Shown here in pieces: positions 51,291-64,000 of a stretch of 64,000 bases of DNA (position 1 is the first letter of the stretch; the number at the start of each line of letters is the position of its first letter). The notes beneath the pieces were generated by a model. It had not been told where the DNA came from. It saw nothing but the letters and a program-made list of their open reading frames with translations, and searched no databases. The stretch is from Octopus sinensis (taxonomy: Eukaryota), in NCBI RefSeq assembly GCF_006345805.1, contig NC_043011.1, forward strand, positions 11,470,001 through 11,534,000, given 5' to 3'. Made by a program: the position numbers and the translations under genes.

Positions 51291-51589
51291 GTGGAGGCAC
51301 ATGACCTAGTGGTTAGAGCAGCGGACTCGTGGTCGAGGGATCGCGGGTTCGAATCTCAGACCGGACGATGTGTGTGTTTATGAGCGAAACACCTAAGCTC
51401 CACGTGGCTCCGGCAGAAGGTAATGTCGAAACTTCTGCTGACTCTTCCGCCACAACTTTCTCTCACTCTTTCCTCCTGTGTCTTGCAGCTCACCTGCGAC
51501 GGACCGGCGTCCCGTCCAGGTGGGGAACCTATACGCCAAGAAACCGGCCCTTATGAGCCAGGCATGGCTCGAGAAGGAACAAACAACAA
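51291..51589 (+). mobile_element. SINE family B
   Basis: Full copy; imperfect ACTGTAC flanks. Confidence 0.9.
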
Positions 51590-51812
51590 TTTACTGTACC
51601 CATCACTTGATGGTTGCATCATTGATTTGTTGGAGGGAGAAATATAACTTGTTGTTGCTATGCCTTTTCTAAGGTCATTAATGACTATTTAAGTGAAATG
51701 AAGAGTTCTGAAAATGGAAGCTTACTAATCAATATACATGAAATTTTTCTCTCTGTTGACACTTATGTTCAATATAAATAATGCTGTTTATGATTTTGTT
51801 TTAAATTTTCAG

Positions 51813-51996
51813 ATCCACAGGCTTAGGTGTACAAACAGCTACATTGAGAATTGGTGCAATACTTGGAAACCTGTTTTTTGGGATTCTTATAAATGCACAA
51901 TGTGCTATACCAATGCTTCTAACTTCTGGACTTCTGCTACTTGGAGGTCTCCTTGCAATAAAGCTACCAGATTTGACTGGCAAAGACCTGTCTTGA
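51813..51996 (+). CDS. SV2-like terminal coding exon (STGLGVQTATLRIGAILGNLFFG...LPDLTGKDLS*)
   Basis: ttcag acceptor, phase 2 completes the Arg codon; last two TM helices and an LPD motif like the SV2 C-terminus; TGA at 51994-51996. Confidence 0.95.
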
Positions 51997-52142
51997 TATA
52001 TTTCTGTTAACTGACATGTCTTTCTATATAATATATCAATATATCAAACTATTTTTTCAATTCAAAATATTTTAAATTTGCATAATATATTTTAAAAAAT
52101 ATATTTTTTATTATTTTGATGTTTGGTTTTATATTCAGTTAT

Positions 52143-52148
52143 AATAAA
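52143..52148 (+). terminator. Candidate polyadenylation signal AATAAA of the SV2-like gene
   Basis: AATAAA ~150 nt after the stop; the AT-rich context makes chance occurrence likely. Confidence 0.4.
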
Positions 52149-52214
52149 ACAATTTTCTATATTTCTCTGTCCATACACACACACATACAAATAATCCAAA
52201 GTACAACTTCAATG

Positions 52215-52504
52215 ACCAGTTCTGTATTTAAGAGATGAGGAATTATGTACATTATTTACATTTGACGGATATTTGTTCTCATCTTGTTTGTTGTTAACAC
52301 AACGTTTTGGCTGATATACCCTCCAGCCTTCATATGGCATAGTGGTTAAGAGCGTAGGCTACTAACCCCAAGATTCCAAGTTCAATTCCTGGCAGTGACC
52401 TGAATAATAATAACAATATTGAAAAATACCTTAAGAATGAGAACCTAGGTTCAAAGTTTCCCCCAAGACACCTGATGAATGGTGGAGGGTATATCAGCTA
52501 AAAA
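52215..52504. mobile_element. Family E repeat: inverted 3' part joined to a forward 5' part
   Basis: 52215-52333 is the reverse complement of ~36146-36253; 52334-52504 matches ~35994-36160. Confidence 0.78.
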
Positions 52505-52733
52505 GGCGGCGAGCTGGCAGAAACGTTAGCACACTGGGCGAAATGCTTAGAGGTATTTCGTCTGCCGCTATGTTCTGAGTTCAAATTCTGCCGAGGTCGA
52601 CTTTGCCTTTCATCCTGTCGGGGTCAATAAATTAAATACCAGTTACGCACTGGGGTCGATGTAATCAACTTAAATCGTTTGTCTGTCCTTGTTTGTCCCC
52701 TCTATGTTTAGCCCCTTGAGGGTAATAAAGAAA
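52505..52733 (+). mobile_element. SINE family C
   Basis: Full copy. Confidence 0.87.
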
Positions 52734-53380
52734 CATATCTTATTTGAGAGTTCAGTTCAAGTGTGTAAACATCCACAAGTTCGAAATATTCTGATTTTCT
52801 ACCTGTTCAGGACCACAATGTGTGTATTAGGTCCAAGAATTCCAATACACTGCTTAATTCCAGATCTGAAAGTTTTAGCAGGTATAAATACATAGACAGG
52901 TTTCTTTTATCAAACCACCTGCCCAAGATTGAGTTGCTGTCTCGCAGACTTTGACATATTTTCTGTTATTTTGTTCCATACCAGCAGCATTAATTGTAGT
53001 TTCTGCAGTTAGGGAGGATGATGTCTTAGTTTTCTTTCTTCTTGTTTCATTTTTTGCATCAACCTTCTTCACGTTTTTCTTTTCATTTTTTTTCTATTAT
53101 TTCTTCACTGTCCAGCAGCCTTATTTAAAGTATATATAATGCATAAAGAAACCTGAAAGATTACTTGGAGATAAATGGGATATTTTATAAATATGCCTAA
53201 TTAAAGTATCGTAGAAGCGTGAAACTATTACTAGCCCTTTTGGTTGTGTATTAAATTGATATCTACTTTTTACTGGATAGAGTGTTTGTTTTGTTAATTC
53301 AACTATTTTGGATCTATCTATATATATATATATATCTATGTATTATGTATATAAGTATATCTATGTTTGTGTGTATATAT

Positions 53381-53591
53381 AGGGTGGTTGCTAGAAAAAT
53401 GGAAAATTCATTTAATGCCATTTTATATTTTCACAAGATTTATTTGATAACAAAGTTTGTTATCATATTAGCACTCAGAAATGTTCAAACTATCCAATAA
53501 CAGAAACAACAAATCAGAAACCACCTATCAGAGTTTTTTGATGATACTTGTTAGTTTTGCCTTCATTTTCCGCTTTTCTAGCAACCACCCT
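53381..53591. mobile_element. Tc1/mariner-like MITE in a TA tract
   Basis: TIRs AGGGTGGTTGCTAGAAAA..GGAAAAT / ATTTTCC..TTTTCTAGCAACCACCCT. Confidence 0.75.
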
Positions 53592-53605
53592 CAATATATA
53601 TATAT

Positions 53606-53986
53606 ACTCTTTACTTGTTTTAGTCATTTGACTGCGGCCATGCTGGAGCACCGCCTTTAGTCGAGCAAATCGACCCCAGGACTTATTCTATCGGTCTCTT
53701 TTGCCGAAACACTAAGTGACGGGGATGTAAACACACCAGCATCGGTTGTCAAGCAATGCTAGGGGGACAAACACAGATACACAAACATACACGCACACAC
53801 ATATATATATACATACATATATACGACGGGCTTCTTTCAGTTTCCGTCTACCAAATCCACTCACAAGGCTTTGGTTGGCCCGAGGCTATAGTAGAAGACA
53901 CTTGCCCAAGGTGCCATGCAGTGGGACTGAACCCGGAACCATGTGGTTGGTAAGCAAGCTACTTACCACACAGCCAGTCCTGCGCC
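53606..53986 (-). mobile_element. SINE family A
   Basis: Reverse-complement copy with a small internal deletion. Confidence 0.87.
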
Positions 53987-54489
53987 TATATATACTTTAT
54001 TTAAAAGCAGCAGAAATGTAACAAAAACTGTTACTCAGAGTTTTGCATTCCCGTTCGTTGGACAGTTTTGTTAAAATAGAACAGAAATAACAATTTGATC
54101 AAAACTAGTTAAAGGATACACCTTTAAAAATGGATTTGTTTCATTGGTCCTTTCAAATAATGGTCTTAAGCATGTGATAAACAAACAAAATAAATGAATT
54201 CAATATAAATTGTATATTATAAAAATCGAGGAAAAACCTTAAATCGAAGAGCAGATTCAAAATACATATTGTCATTAATTATATATGAAATATAATTCGA
54301 TTAATACAATTAATAAATTAAAAATTAAAATATTTCACAACAGAATATACGCATATTAAACCATCAATGTACATATATACATCAAAATACAGATAGCTGT
54401 ACACAGACCACATACATATGCAGACATATATATGCAAGACATAAATATACACACAAATACACATATACATATGTATACGCTCAAGTTAA

Positions 54490-55133
54490 AACAAACATTA
54501 TTAAAGAGATTTTAACTGTAATTGAAGTATTCATTGGAGACAATAAAAAATATAACATTTTTTCTAGTAATAATTTTGGAGTTGGTTATTCTACTACTAA
54601 TAATGTTGGTAACATTATTTCTTTTAATGAATTTAAGCTAAGTTTTACAAAAACAAATCAAATAATTATTCCAATAATAATAATAAAGACCAGAATATAA
54701 TTAATTGTACATGTAGGGATAAAACTAAATGTAATTTTGATGATGTAGTATATAAATGTGTAGTGACTTTGATTGATGACAATAATAGGAATGGTTATAA
54801 TTTAAATGCCATTTACATAGGGTCGACTTCAAATAATATTAAATTACGGGTGGCTCAACACATTAATTCTTTTAAGAATAGAAATCTAATTAATTCTACT
54901 GGCCTTAGTAAATATATATGGGAACTAAAATCTAAAAATATTAAGTACAATTTAAATTGGGAGATAGTTTGTAAGGCAAAATCATATCAAATAGGTAGTA
55001 ATTTTTGTTTATTATGTACTAACGTATTTAAGGAGATATTATTAACTAATAATAAAAAATTCATTAATTCCCTAGACAAATGAAAAATTAAATGTAGACA
55101 TAAATTGAATTACTTATATAATAAGTTTAGCTA
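54490..55133 (+). mobile_element. AT-rich GIY-YIG endonuclease remnant of a second Penelope-like lineage
   Basis: CTCR..VVY...YIGST..KLR..H..SF..T.LSKYIW.LK..W.I....C.LC....KCRH pattern; one in-frame TGA at 55081-55083. Confidence 0.82.
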
Positions 55134-56940
55134 ATTTGTGTATATATATAAACCCTGTTTTATGCTACTAATTGTTGTAATTATAATTTGTAGTAGTAAA
55201 ATGTGTATAAATTAGCACAAGATTATATTGACTATATTACATAATTAGAATAGGTTGAAAATTAGATGTTTATAAAATAAATAAATTAATTAGTGAAAAT
55301 AGATTAAATTATAAAATTTTAGCTTAATTTATGTTTATTATATTATATATTTTACGTATTTAGTATTTAAATTATTTAGACTTTACAATTTTTCCAGTAA
55401 ATGGTATATTAAAGTTAATTTTTATCCCTTATTCCCAGAGCTAAAATACATTTGTAATTTTAATAGCTTAAATACATATTTCTATCTATTTCTTCTATAA
55501 ATTTTATTAACGCCATATTTTCATGCAATATATTTCTTATAACTGCTAAGTTCTTTAAATTTTTAGTTAACAAAAATCCTTCGATAAGATAAGTTATATT
55601 TTTATTTTAAGAAATATTGTTAAATGCTTTTCGATTATTTATAGTTAATACACATATTTTTTTATATATTTATTTGATAATTAATATAAGTTTAGATGAG
55701 TACATTTATTATATTATTATTTTTTCTATCTATTTATTATTTTAGACCTGATGAGTGACTATATTTTTAAATAGAATGAATTTTAGATTGATTAATAATC
55801 AGCACTTGTTTGTGCAGCTGTTCTCATCCATATGCATCACAGGACCATACCAACACAGTCTTCTCTGTTGCACACTACATCTGATGCCTCTTATGCCCAA
55901 GTTTTCTCTCAACACATTTAAGTGTAACAGAAAAACAAAATACTTGAGAGAGCCAAGTGATCTCTATGCTGGTGTTTAACACACTCATCTCTATACATAA
56001 GCATGTATTTATACACTATATACTCACGTATGTATGCACTAACACTGAATTTTTTATTAAATACATTAATCAAAAAGTAGTGCCTGGTGAAATCAATGCA
56101 GTTAATGTTCAGTTTGAACTTTTGTAAGTCAATATCTGCAACGAAAATGTGGGCATAGAGAAAATTTCAGAGTGTCACAATTCTAGAGTAGTATTGGTTT
56201 GGTTAAGAAGATTGACACTTTTCACCAGTAATATTTTGTTTATGTTCTGATGGAAGAAAGAAAAATTAACAAGACACAACTACAATTAAAAGGTCTGACA
56301 GATTTTATTGCTTGGACTATATGCAGTAAAAGTAAACCAGAATACCCTACTTTCAATGCTTTATATATAGATGTAAACACACATCCACCCAATAACCACA
56401 CACACAAAGTTAAAATAGGTTATGAGTTCAAAGCTTGGTACAGCTACTATACTGTATCTCTGACAAGCAAGACATTGTTCTGTCTCACCTCAATCTCACA
56501 TAGCCAAATATTAGAGGTCACTTGCTTGTAGGAGAAAACCAAACATTCAGCTGTGAAGGCACATACTCCAATGATTCAAATGTAAATATAAACATTCTGA
56601 GAAATATTCCTACAAATGATAACAAAGAAAAATGAATGCAAAACAGTAAGAAAATAGATGTGTGTCTATTAATATATTTTGTGTTGATTTGTTATGTATA
56701 TGAATGGAAAAAGTTTCCATAAATATGGAAAGGTGCTTAGCACAAGGCCTAAACAAAGAGACATGCACACTATGTAATACTAGGGAATAGGTCTCCAAAG
56801 GTTCTGGTTCTGGAAGATATACTAGTGATTGCTAAACTGAGAAAGTTCCAAGATATAGTAGATGATTTATTATAGTGTCCTGTACTTCAGCTATGTTCAA
56901 TGCAAGAAGAATAGCCCAGTAGGAGTTATGTTTTTGTATC

Positions 56941-56973
<33 letters not shown>

Positions 56974-57569
56974 ACATTGGTGATAATGGGATAAAGGAAG
57001 GATTCCAACGTCTAAAGGTAAAGTGAGTGTGGAAGTAAAAGGCAATACAATTGGAGACTGCTCGTGTATATGAAAAGTAGCGATTAAGTGAGCAGCCCTA
57101 CATGAGTATTACTTTAAAAAGCAGTTTGAATGATCGGTCATTCCCATTTTTATATTATATACATAATTTTCTATAAAAACATTATCCAATGTATCCATTA
57201 TTTTATTACAATAGTGTGTGAATTTAGAAAGATTTGGCTGCTGTTTTAACAGTCAAGTGCCAATAAAGAGCTATGTATGTGTGTGCATAAGAGTGCGTGT
57301 ATCATGTATTGGTGACATGCTAAGGCCAAGTCACTCAATTATAGCTACTTTTTTTTACAAAAGTTAAAACAAAATGCATCATATCAAATAGTTGTGTGAA
57401 ATAAATTCTAAACAGAGTAGACAAAATAATTAAAATGCCAATCATTTTTGCAAAAGATAAAAATCCATAGCTACAGTGTTTAACTCTTCTTTCTGTTAAG
57501 TTCTCACACTCTATATAATGATAAAGGCAAGACTTGATAATAACATAACCACACCCAGGTTAGCAAACC

Positions 57570-57787
57570 TATTTCTTTACTACCCACAAGGGGCTAAACA
57601 CAGAGAGGACAAACAAGGACAGACAAACGGATTAAGTCGATTATATCGACCCCAGTGTGTAACTGGTACTTATTTAATCGACCCCGAAAGGATAAAAGGC
57701 AAAGCTGACCTCGGTGAAATTTGAACGTAACGGCAGACGAAATACTGTTAAGCACTTTGCCCGGTGTGCTACCAATTTTGCCAGCTC
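57570..57787 (-). mobile_element. SINE family C
   Basis: Reverse-complement copy with TAGCAAACC flanks. Confidence 0.85.
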
Positions 57788-58664
57788 TGCTCAGGATAGC
57801 AAACCAACGTATCTCTGATGTTTTTTCTATAAAAAAATTGGTATATTTTCCCTAAATTCTTGTTAACTGAGGTAATATAGAACTATGTATCCTTCCTGGA
57901 AACAAAAAGTAATAATACACAACAACTGCAGCTGATTTTAAATCAGAAATTCTAAATTTTCAGTTCAATACTTAACATTTTCAATAGATACTGGATAAAT
58001 GTGTGTGTGACAGAAAATATATGTACAGCTACCAAGGTGTATAGATGTTTGTGTCACTGGATATGTATGTATATCATATGTAGATGAGGTAACCTCTAGG
58101 TAGAATCTGTTTCAGAGTTTATATAACAAAGCAAGTCAGGCTGGATAATAAAATATCATTTCATCTATACACATGCACACGCTGCTATAACCATAACCAA
58201 ATATTTTCTTGGTGGTACCGTTGCTGTTGTATGAAGTCCAGAGCAGTGATTGTAATTTTAGGTTTGTCAGATAGATTAGGTATATTGTATGCAAAAAAAA
58301 AAAAAAATGAAGATGGTTAGATAAATAATGGTGGACAATAAGAAAAGAACCCAACAGTCATAAATATTGATGAAATAAAATGGGAAATGATTGAAAGAGT
58401 TAGAAAGGATGAGGAGAAAGAGAAATGAAAAAGACAAAAAGATAAGGAAGTTAAAAGAAAAAGATGGAAAGAACAACAGAGTAAAAGAAAGGCAGGAAAA
58501 GAGTATAGGTGAATGCACTTGGGCAATAAATCAAGGAACGTGGGTTCAAATACCACATGACTGTTTTGTTATTCTTTTTCTTTTCTTCAACTTTGTGTTC
58601 TTGTTGAACACATAGACACACTCGCAACTGCGCAGTAGAGGACAAGAGCATTTGCAGTGTCTGC

Positions 58665-58822
58665 CTAGCTGCGCAGAGCTTCTAACCGAGCTCGCATCTC
58701 GTCTTCCTCTTCATCATCTTCTTCTTCCTCCAGCGCAATTGATGCTGTAGCTGCTGTGGCACCAGCGACATCAGTTGACGGCAAAGAATCTTTGACAGCG
58801 GAAGGCATTTTGCCAAGTTCTC
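58665..58822 (-). CDS. CHMP3: CHMP3/VPS24 (ESCRT-III) last coding exon (GELGKMPSAVKDSLP...EEEDEMRARLEALRS*)
   Basis: tttcag acceptor on the minus strand; acidic tail and C-terminal M..RL..LRS MIM1 motif as in CHMP3; TAG at 58665-58667. Confidence 0.95.
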
Positions 58823-58932
58823 CTGAAACAAAGAGACACAAATCAGAAGTGGAGTGTGTACATAAAAAAAATAGACTCGAATAAGGAATAAAATAGTGCG
58901 ACCAATAGTCTCTCATATGCACACAGACACAC

Positions 58933-59323
58933 ACTCTTTTACTCTTTTACTTGTTTCAGTCATTTTGACTGCGGCCATGCTGAAGCACCGCCTGTAATCG
59001 AGCAACTTGACCCCGGGACTTATTCTTTTGTAAGCCCAGTACTTATTCTATCGGTCTCTTTTGCCGAACCGCTAAGTAACAGGGACATAAACACACCAGC
59101 ATCGGTTGTCAAGCAATGCTAGGGGGACAAACACAGACACACAAACACGCACACGCACACATATATACGACGGGCTTCTTTCAGTTTCTGTCTACCAGAT
59201 CCTCTCACAAGGCTTTGGTCGGCCCGAGGCTATAGTAGAAGACACTTGCCCAAGGTGCCACGCAGTGGGACTGAACCCAGAACCATGTGGTTGGTAAACA
59301 AGCTACTTACCACACAGCCACTC
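58933..59323 (-). mobile_element. SINE family A in the last CHMP3 intron
   Basis: Reverse-complement copy. Confidence 0.87.
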
Positions 59324-59487
59324 CATCTAAAATTCTTAGATAATTAGAAAAGTTCTAGTTAATGAGTTAATTAGAGAATTAAGCAGTGTTAGAAGCACAG
59401 CTAGAACTCAATGGTATACTGCAACTAGAATTTGCATATATGTTCTATTTCACTTTATTTACAGGCAACATGCTGTCTGTATATATA

Positions 59488-59718
59488 TTTCTTTACTACC
59501 CACAAGGGGCTAAACACAGAGGGGACAAACAAGGACAGACAAAGGGATTAAGTCTATTATATCGACCCCAGTGCGTAACTGGTACTTAATTTATCGACCT
59601 CGAAAGGATGAAAGGCAAAGTCGACCTCGGCGGAATTTGAACTCGGAACGTAACGACAGACAAAAAAGGCTACGCATTTCGCCCGGCGTGCTAACGTTTC
59701 TGCTAGCTCGCCACCTTA
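59488..59718 (-). mobile_element. SINE family C
   Basis: Reverse-complement copy with ATG(C/T)TGTCTGTATATA flanks. Confidence 0.87.
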
Positions 59719-59874
59719 TATGTTGTCTGTATATAGGTTTAAGTACTGGCCTCATTGGTTTTGGAGAGTTTATGAAATATTGAATCAAATACAAATATTT
59801 TCAAACTGTTAAAACAACTTTTCTATAATTTTTTAAAAACACATTTCAAATGATTTAGTATTCATCAAATGCCA

Positions 59875-60104
59875 ATTTCTTTACTGCCCACAAGGGGCTA
59901 CACACAGAGGGGACAAACAAGGACAGACAAACGGATTAAGTCGACTATATCGACCCCAGTGCGTAACTGGTACTTATTTAATCGACCCCGAAAGGATGAA
60001 AGGCAAAGTCGACCTCGGCGGAATTTGAACTCAGAACGTAGCGGCAGACGAAATACCGCTAAGCATTTCGCCCAGCGTACTAACGATTCTGCCAGCTCGC
60101 CGCC
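59875..60104 (-). mobile_element. SINE family C with 17-bp TSD
   Basis: GTATTCATCAAATGCCA on both sides. Confidence 0.92.
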
Positions 60105-60294
60105 GTATTCATCAAATGCCATATATGTAGATAGGCTGCAATTAACCTTTACAAACATTTAAAATTCTAAAGGATTCCAATCAGAAAAAATGAAGTTAAC
60201 AGAATAAACAATTTTACTCGCAATAACAAATTCATCTAAAAAATGGGATAGGGACAAATCACAAACATAATTACATTTTTAAACATTTACAATA

Positions 60295-60816
60295 GGCGCA
60301 GTGTGACTGTGTGGTAAGAAGCTTGCTTCTCAACCACATGGTTCTGGGTTCAGTTTCAGTGTGGTACCTTGGGCAAGTGTCTTTTACGGTAGCCTCGGGC
60401 TGACCAAAGCCTTGTGAGTGGATTTGGTAGACAGAAACTGAAAGAAGCCTGTCGTATAATATATATATATGTACATATTTGGCATTAGGAAGGGCATCCA
60501 GCTGTAGAAACTCTGCCAGATCAGATTGGAGCCTGGTGCAGCCTTCTGGCTTGTCAGCCCTCAGTCAAACCGTCCAACCCTTGCCAGCATAGAAAGCGGA
60601 TGTTAAACGATGATGATGATGATGATGATGATTTGTGTGTGTCTGCTTACCCCTCACCATCACTTGACAACTGATGTTAGTGTGTTTACATCCCTGTAAC
60701 TTAGCAGTTCAGCAAAAGGGACCAATAGAATAAGTACTAGGCTTACAAAGAATAAGTCTTGGGGTCGATTTGTTCAACTAAAGGTGGTGCTCCAGCATGG
60801 TTGCAGTCAAATGACT
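60295..60816 (+). mobile_element. SINE family A (more diverged) with an RTE-tail insertion
   Basis: Head and tail halves flank 60479-60632. Confidence 0.83.
60479..60632 (+). mobile_element. Short RTE 3' tail inserted into the microsatellite of a family A SINE
   Basis: AGGAAGGGCATCCAGCTGTAGAAA...(GAT)n lies between the two halves of the SINE. Confidence 0.82.
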
Positions 60817-61206
60817 AAATTAATAACTGATGTGATGAACTTTTGAAAAAGTCACAAGAATTTAATCAGCTTCCCTCTTGTGTCTTGGGTATGTTTTTCT
60901 ATCTGGGAAACAAGTTTTCTACAGAATGTATCCATGTGAGTGGAGAGAGCTTTCGTCACTAGCCTATGGTTGACTCATACTGAGGATGGATAACCACCCA
61001 GAAACCTAGGTCTGTGAGTATCATGTAAGACTAGAGATGGGAGCGATGACATCCCTTGCAAATGCTATACATATACAGACTGTGTATCGATGGCCAGCTG
61101 TTACTGTTACTGTATATCTCTTGCTCAGAGATTTAAAACAAGTTGTTTTTGTCTGCATCCATCATTATTTGCTGAAAAAGTCACTGTAAAAATTTTTTCA
61201 CTTTAC

Positions 61207-61321
61207 CTGCAGTTAATTCATAAAGAATTTTATCAACTTCATTCTGAGATTCGTCTTCAAGTTCATCAGCATCTTCCAGCCCTTCAAATGTATCTTCCAA
61301 CATTTCTTCAATAATTCCTGC
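61207..61321 (-). CDS. CHMP3: CHMP3/VPS24 penultimate coding exon (AGIIEEMLEDTFEGLEDADELEDESQNEVDKILYELTAG)
   Basis: ttacag acceptor, gtaaag donor, 115 nt, phase matches the last exon. AGIIEEMLEDTFE is recognisable CHMP3 sequence; upstream exons were not found in the window. Confidence 0.96.
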
Positions 61322-62277
61322 CTGTAAAATGATAACAATAACACAGTCATAATGTTCCACCTAAGAGCAGTATGTATTAGTTTTTAGTTTGCTTCTCTGG
61401 CAGTTGTAAAAACACCTGTACTAACAATGATATACAAAAATTATAATTTTCATACTGGAAAAACAAAATATAAACTACAAACATGATTGCAAGAACATTT
61501 GTAATAAATGAAAGCAGGTAAATTCTACAGTTGAGTTGCTATTTCTAAACAGTAGTCATATGACATATAATAATAATAAAACATTGTGTACAGTGCTCAG
61601 GTGCACTACAACTCATCAAAAGTGTATATATAATCAGGTGTAGTTTCGGTGGATTTCGGAAAGCATGAAGGCCTTAAAGGATGCAGTGTCATGGCAGTCA
61701 ACAACTGACGCAGGCAGTTTGTTTCATGCTTCAGCAACTCTGAGCGTGAAAAAATGTTTCCGAAAGTCATGGGAGCTGTGTTGTTTTCTGACTTTGTAGG
61801 CATGTCCACGTGTGTTAGACACATGGAGATGAACTTGGTATAATTAGAATCTTATTTCTACTTTAGAGGATATTATCAGAAGTGTGCTATTATCCTAGTC
61901 ACATTACTAAAAACTTTATGAAATAGTGTATTTTTTCAGTTAATACCCACACATCAGTTAATACCGTCATGCATACTATTATGCAATAGTATAGATTCTT
62001 TTGTGCAAAGCTGCTTCTATATACTGAAATACAAGAGAGCTCAATGCTTTGCCGTTGTTGTAGATCAAACCTGATAGAGCTGACTTATAGCAGGTTAAAT
62101 GGTATGATCTAGAGTTCCAACACTTCATCTGATTTTGTAATAGGTTAGAGTATGGATGAAGTGTAAAATTCAAAGCATGTCATGTTGTTTAGTCTTGTGT
62201 GCTGGTTGATGGTCAAAGAGTAAGAAGAAAGGTCTTAGTCAAAATGTGTTAGTTCCAGTTCCTTAGTATTTGTCTAT

Positions 62278-62596
62278 GTTTTTTTTTTTTGTTGTTTGTT
62301 CCTTCTCGAGCCATGCCTGGCTCATAAGGGCTGGTTTCCCGGTTTCCTTGGCGTATAGGTTCCCCACCTGGATGGGATGCCGGTCCATCGCAGGTGAGCT
62401 GCAAGCTGCACGAGGAAAGAGTGAGAGAAAGTTGTGGCGAAAGAGTCAACAGAAGTTTCGCCATTACCTTCTACCGGAACCACATGGAGCTTAGGTGTTT
62501 CGCTCATAAACACACACATCGTCCGGTCCAAGATTCGAACCCGCGATCCCTTGACCGCGAGTCCGCTGCTCTAACCACTAGGCCATGTGCCTCCAC
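62278..62596 (-). mobile_element. SINE family B with 13-bp TSD
   Basis: AGTATTTGTCTAT on both sides. Confidence 0.92.
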
Positions 62597-63009
62597 AGTA
62601 TTTGTCTATAGTAGTGTGCATCCCAGTAGAGGGATTGAGTGAATGTTATGGATGCTAATGCTATTTTTGAATGCATATGATTTTTTAATAATTTTCTTGG
62701 CTGAATGGGAAAAGATAGTGTTTTGAAGTTTTATAATTATGCTTGGTGTTTGGCAGAAGAGTGACCATGTAGTAGCAGAATGTAATTTACTGCAGTAAAA
62801 GCTGTGCTCATGCATATCCAGGTAGGTTCTTCCCTTTTGAGTTTCTATGTTTTACAGTATAGATAGCTAATGAGCAAGATCTATTTTGCAGCCTTTGATC
62901 AGGTGAAGTGCACCATTTTTTTAATGCAATTTTTGTATAACAGTTGTTGTTCTTAGTCTTGAGCAAACTTATGTTTGTTTACTTTTTTTTATTTAATTCT
63001 ATCCCCTAA

Positions 63010-63410
63010 TATAGTTGTGATATCTGTGCCGGTGGCACATAAAAAGCACCATCTGAATATGGCCGATGCCAGCGCCGCCTTGACTGGCTTCTGTGCCGGT
63101 GGCACATAAAAAGCACCATCCGAATATGGCCGATGCCAGTGTCACCTTGACTGGCTTCTGTGCCGGTGGCATGTAAAAAGCACCAACTGATCGTGGCTGC
63201 TGCCAGTCTCCCCTGGCACCTGTGCCGGTGGCACATAAAAAGCACCCACTACACTCACAGAGTGGTTGGTGTTAGGAAGGACATCCAGCTGTAGAAAAAC
63301 TGCCAGATCAAGATTGGAGCCTGGTGCAGCCATCTGGCTTCCCAGACCCCGGTTGAACCGTCCAACCTGTGCTAGCACGGAAAATGGACGTTAAACGATG
63401 ATGATGATGA
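63010..63410 (+). mobile_element. 5'-truncated RTE 3' UTR with ~3.5 tandem 63-66 bp units and (GAT)n tail
   Basis: GTGCCGGTGGCA..TAAAAAGCACC occurs four times in 63026-63246, followed by the common 3' tail. Confidence 0.87.
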
Positions 63411-63669
63411 ATGTGATGTGGATGTTGAAGTTTCTGAGTGTTTGATACAGGTTGAAGCTGTGTCCGGTGAAGACAGGATTGTGTAATTGGAATGCTATAA
63501 CAATTACATATGCAAAGGATGCTGGCATGTGGCAGTGGACTACATTGTTGTCGTTGTATATCTACAAGTCAGCTCAAACTGAGCACACTGATGACATGTA
63601 AGGAGGCAGCCTAATGACTAGGTGTAACTTACAAATAGTACATGAGTGTCACTGCTAATAAATAATGAT

Positions 63670-63905
63670 GGTGGCAGTGGTAGCTGGCAGAAACGTTAGC
63701 ATGCCGGGCGAAATGCTTAGCCGTATTTCGTCTGTCGTTACGTTGTGAGTTCAAATTCCGCCGAGGTCAACTTTGCCTTTCATCCTTTCGGGGTCGATTA
63801 AATAAGTACCAGTTACGCACTGGGGTCGATGTAATCGACTTAATACCTATGTCTGTCCTTGTTTGTCCCCTCTATGTTTAGCCCCTTGTGGGTAATAAAG
63901 AAATA
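63670..63905 (+). mobile_element. SINE family C
   Basis: Full copy. Confidence 0.87.
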
Positions 63906-64000
63906 GGTATATATCTACATGCATCTTGTAATACACTGACTAATAATCAAGCAAGCTAACCTTCATCATTTCTTTAGACATCTCCATCATAGTAGAATTA

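Noticed and set aside
55081-55083. In-frame TGA as selenocysteine, as reported for some Naiad Penelope-like elements
   Set aside because: The TGA does not appear to align with a conserved Cys and no SECIS is recognisable; more likely decay.
58136-58651. Lys/Glu-rich and Phe/Leu-rich ORFs
   Set aside because: Low-complexity purine/pyrimidine tract in the CHMP3 3' UTR.

Overview
Eukaryotic genomic DNA, most likely an octopus (inferred from the tRNA-derived SINE and RTE repeat families). Bases 1-~21,900 are a GC/CpG-rich tandem array of a 63-bp unit (about 350 copies by length) with patchy higher-order duplications; the long ORFs there come from a nearly stop-free 21-codon unit. The same unit occurs as 1-4 copies inside the 3' UTR of dispersed RTE-type LINE fragments in this window, so the array looks like a runaway expansion of a LINE 3' UTR minisatellite. 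The rest is AT-rich and repeat-dense. It holds the last seven coding exons of an SV2-like MFS transporter (+ strand, 23638-51996), so the array probably lies in one of its introns, and the last two coding exons of a convergent CHMP3/VPS24 gene (- strand). Repeats include several SINE families, piggyBac-, pogo- and Tc1-type MITEs, a full-length defective mariner, Helitron-like elements, RTE, R4-like and Penelope-like retroelement remnants, and several minimal hammerhead-like motifs in fold-back structures. Repeat boundaries were read by eye and are approximate.
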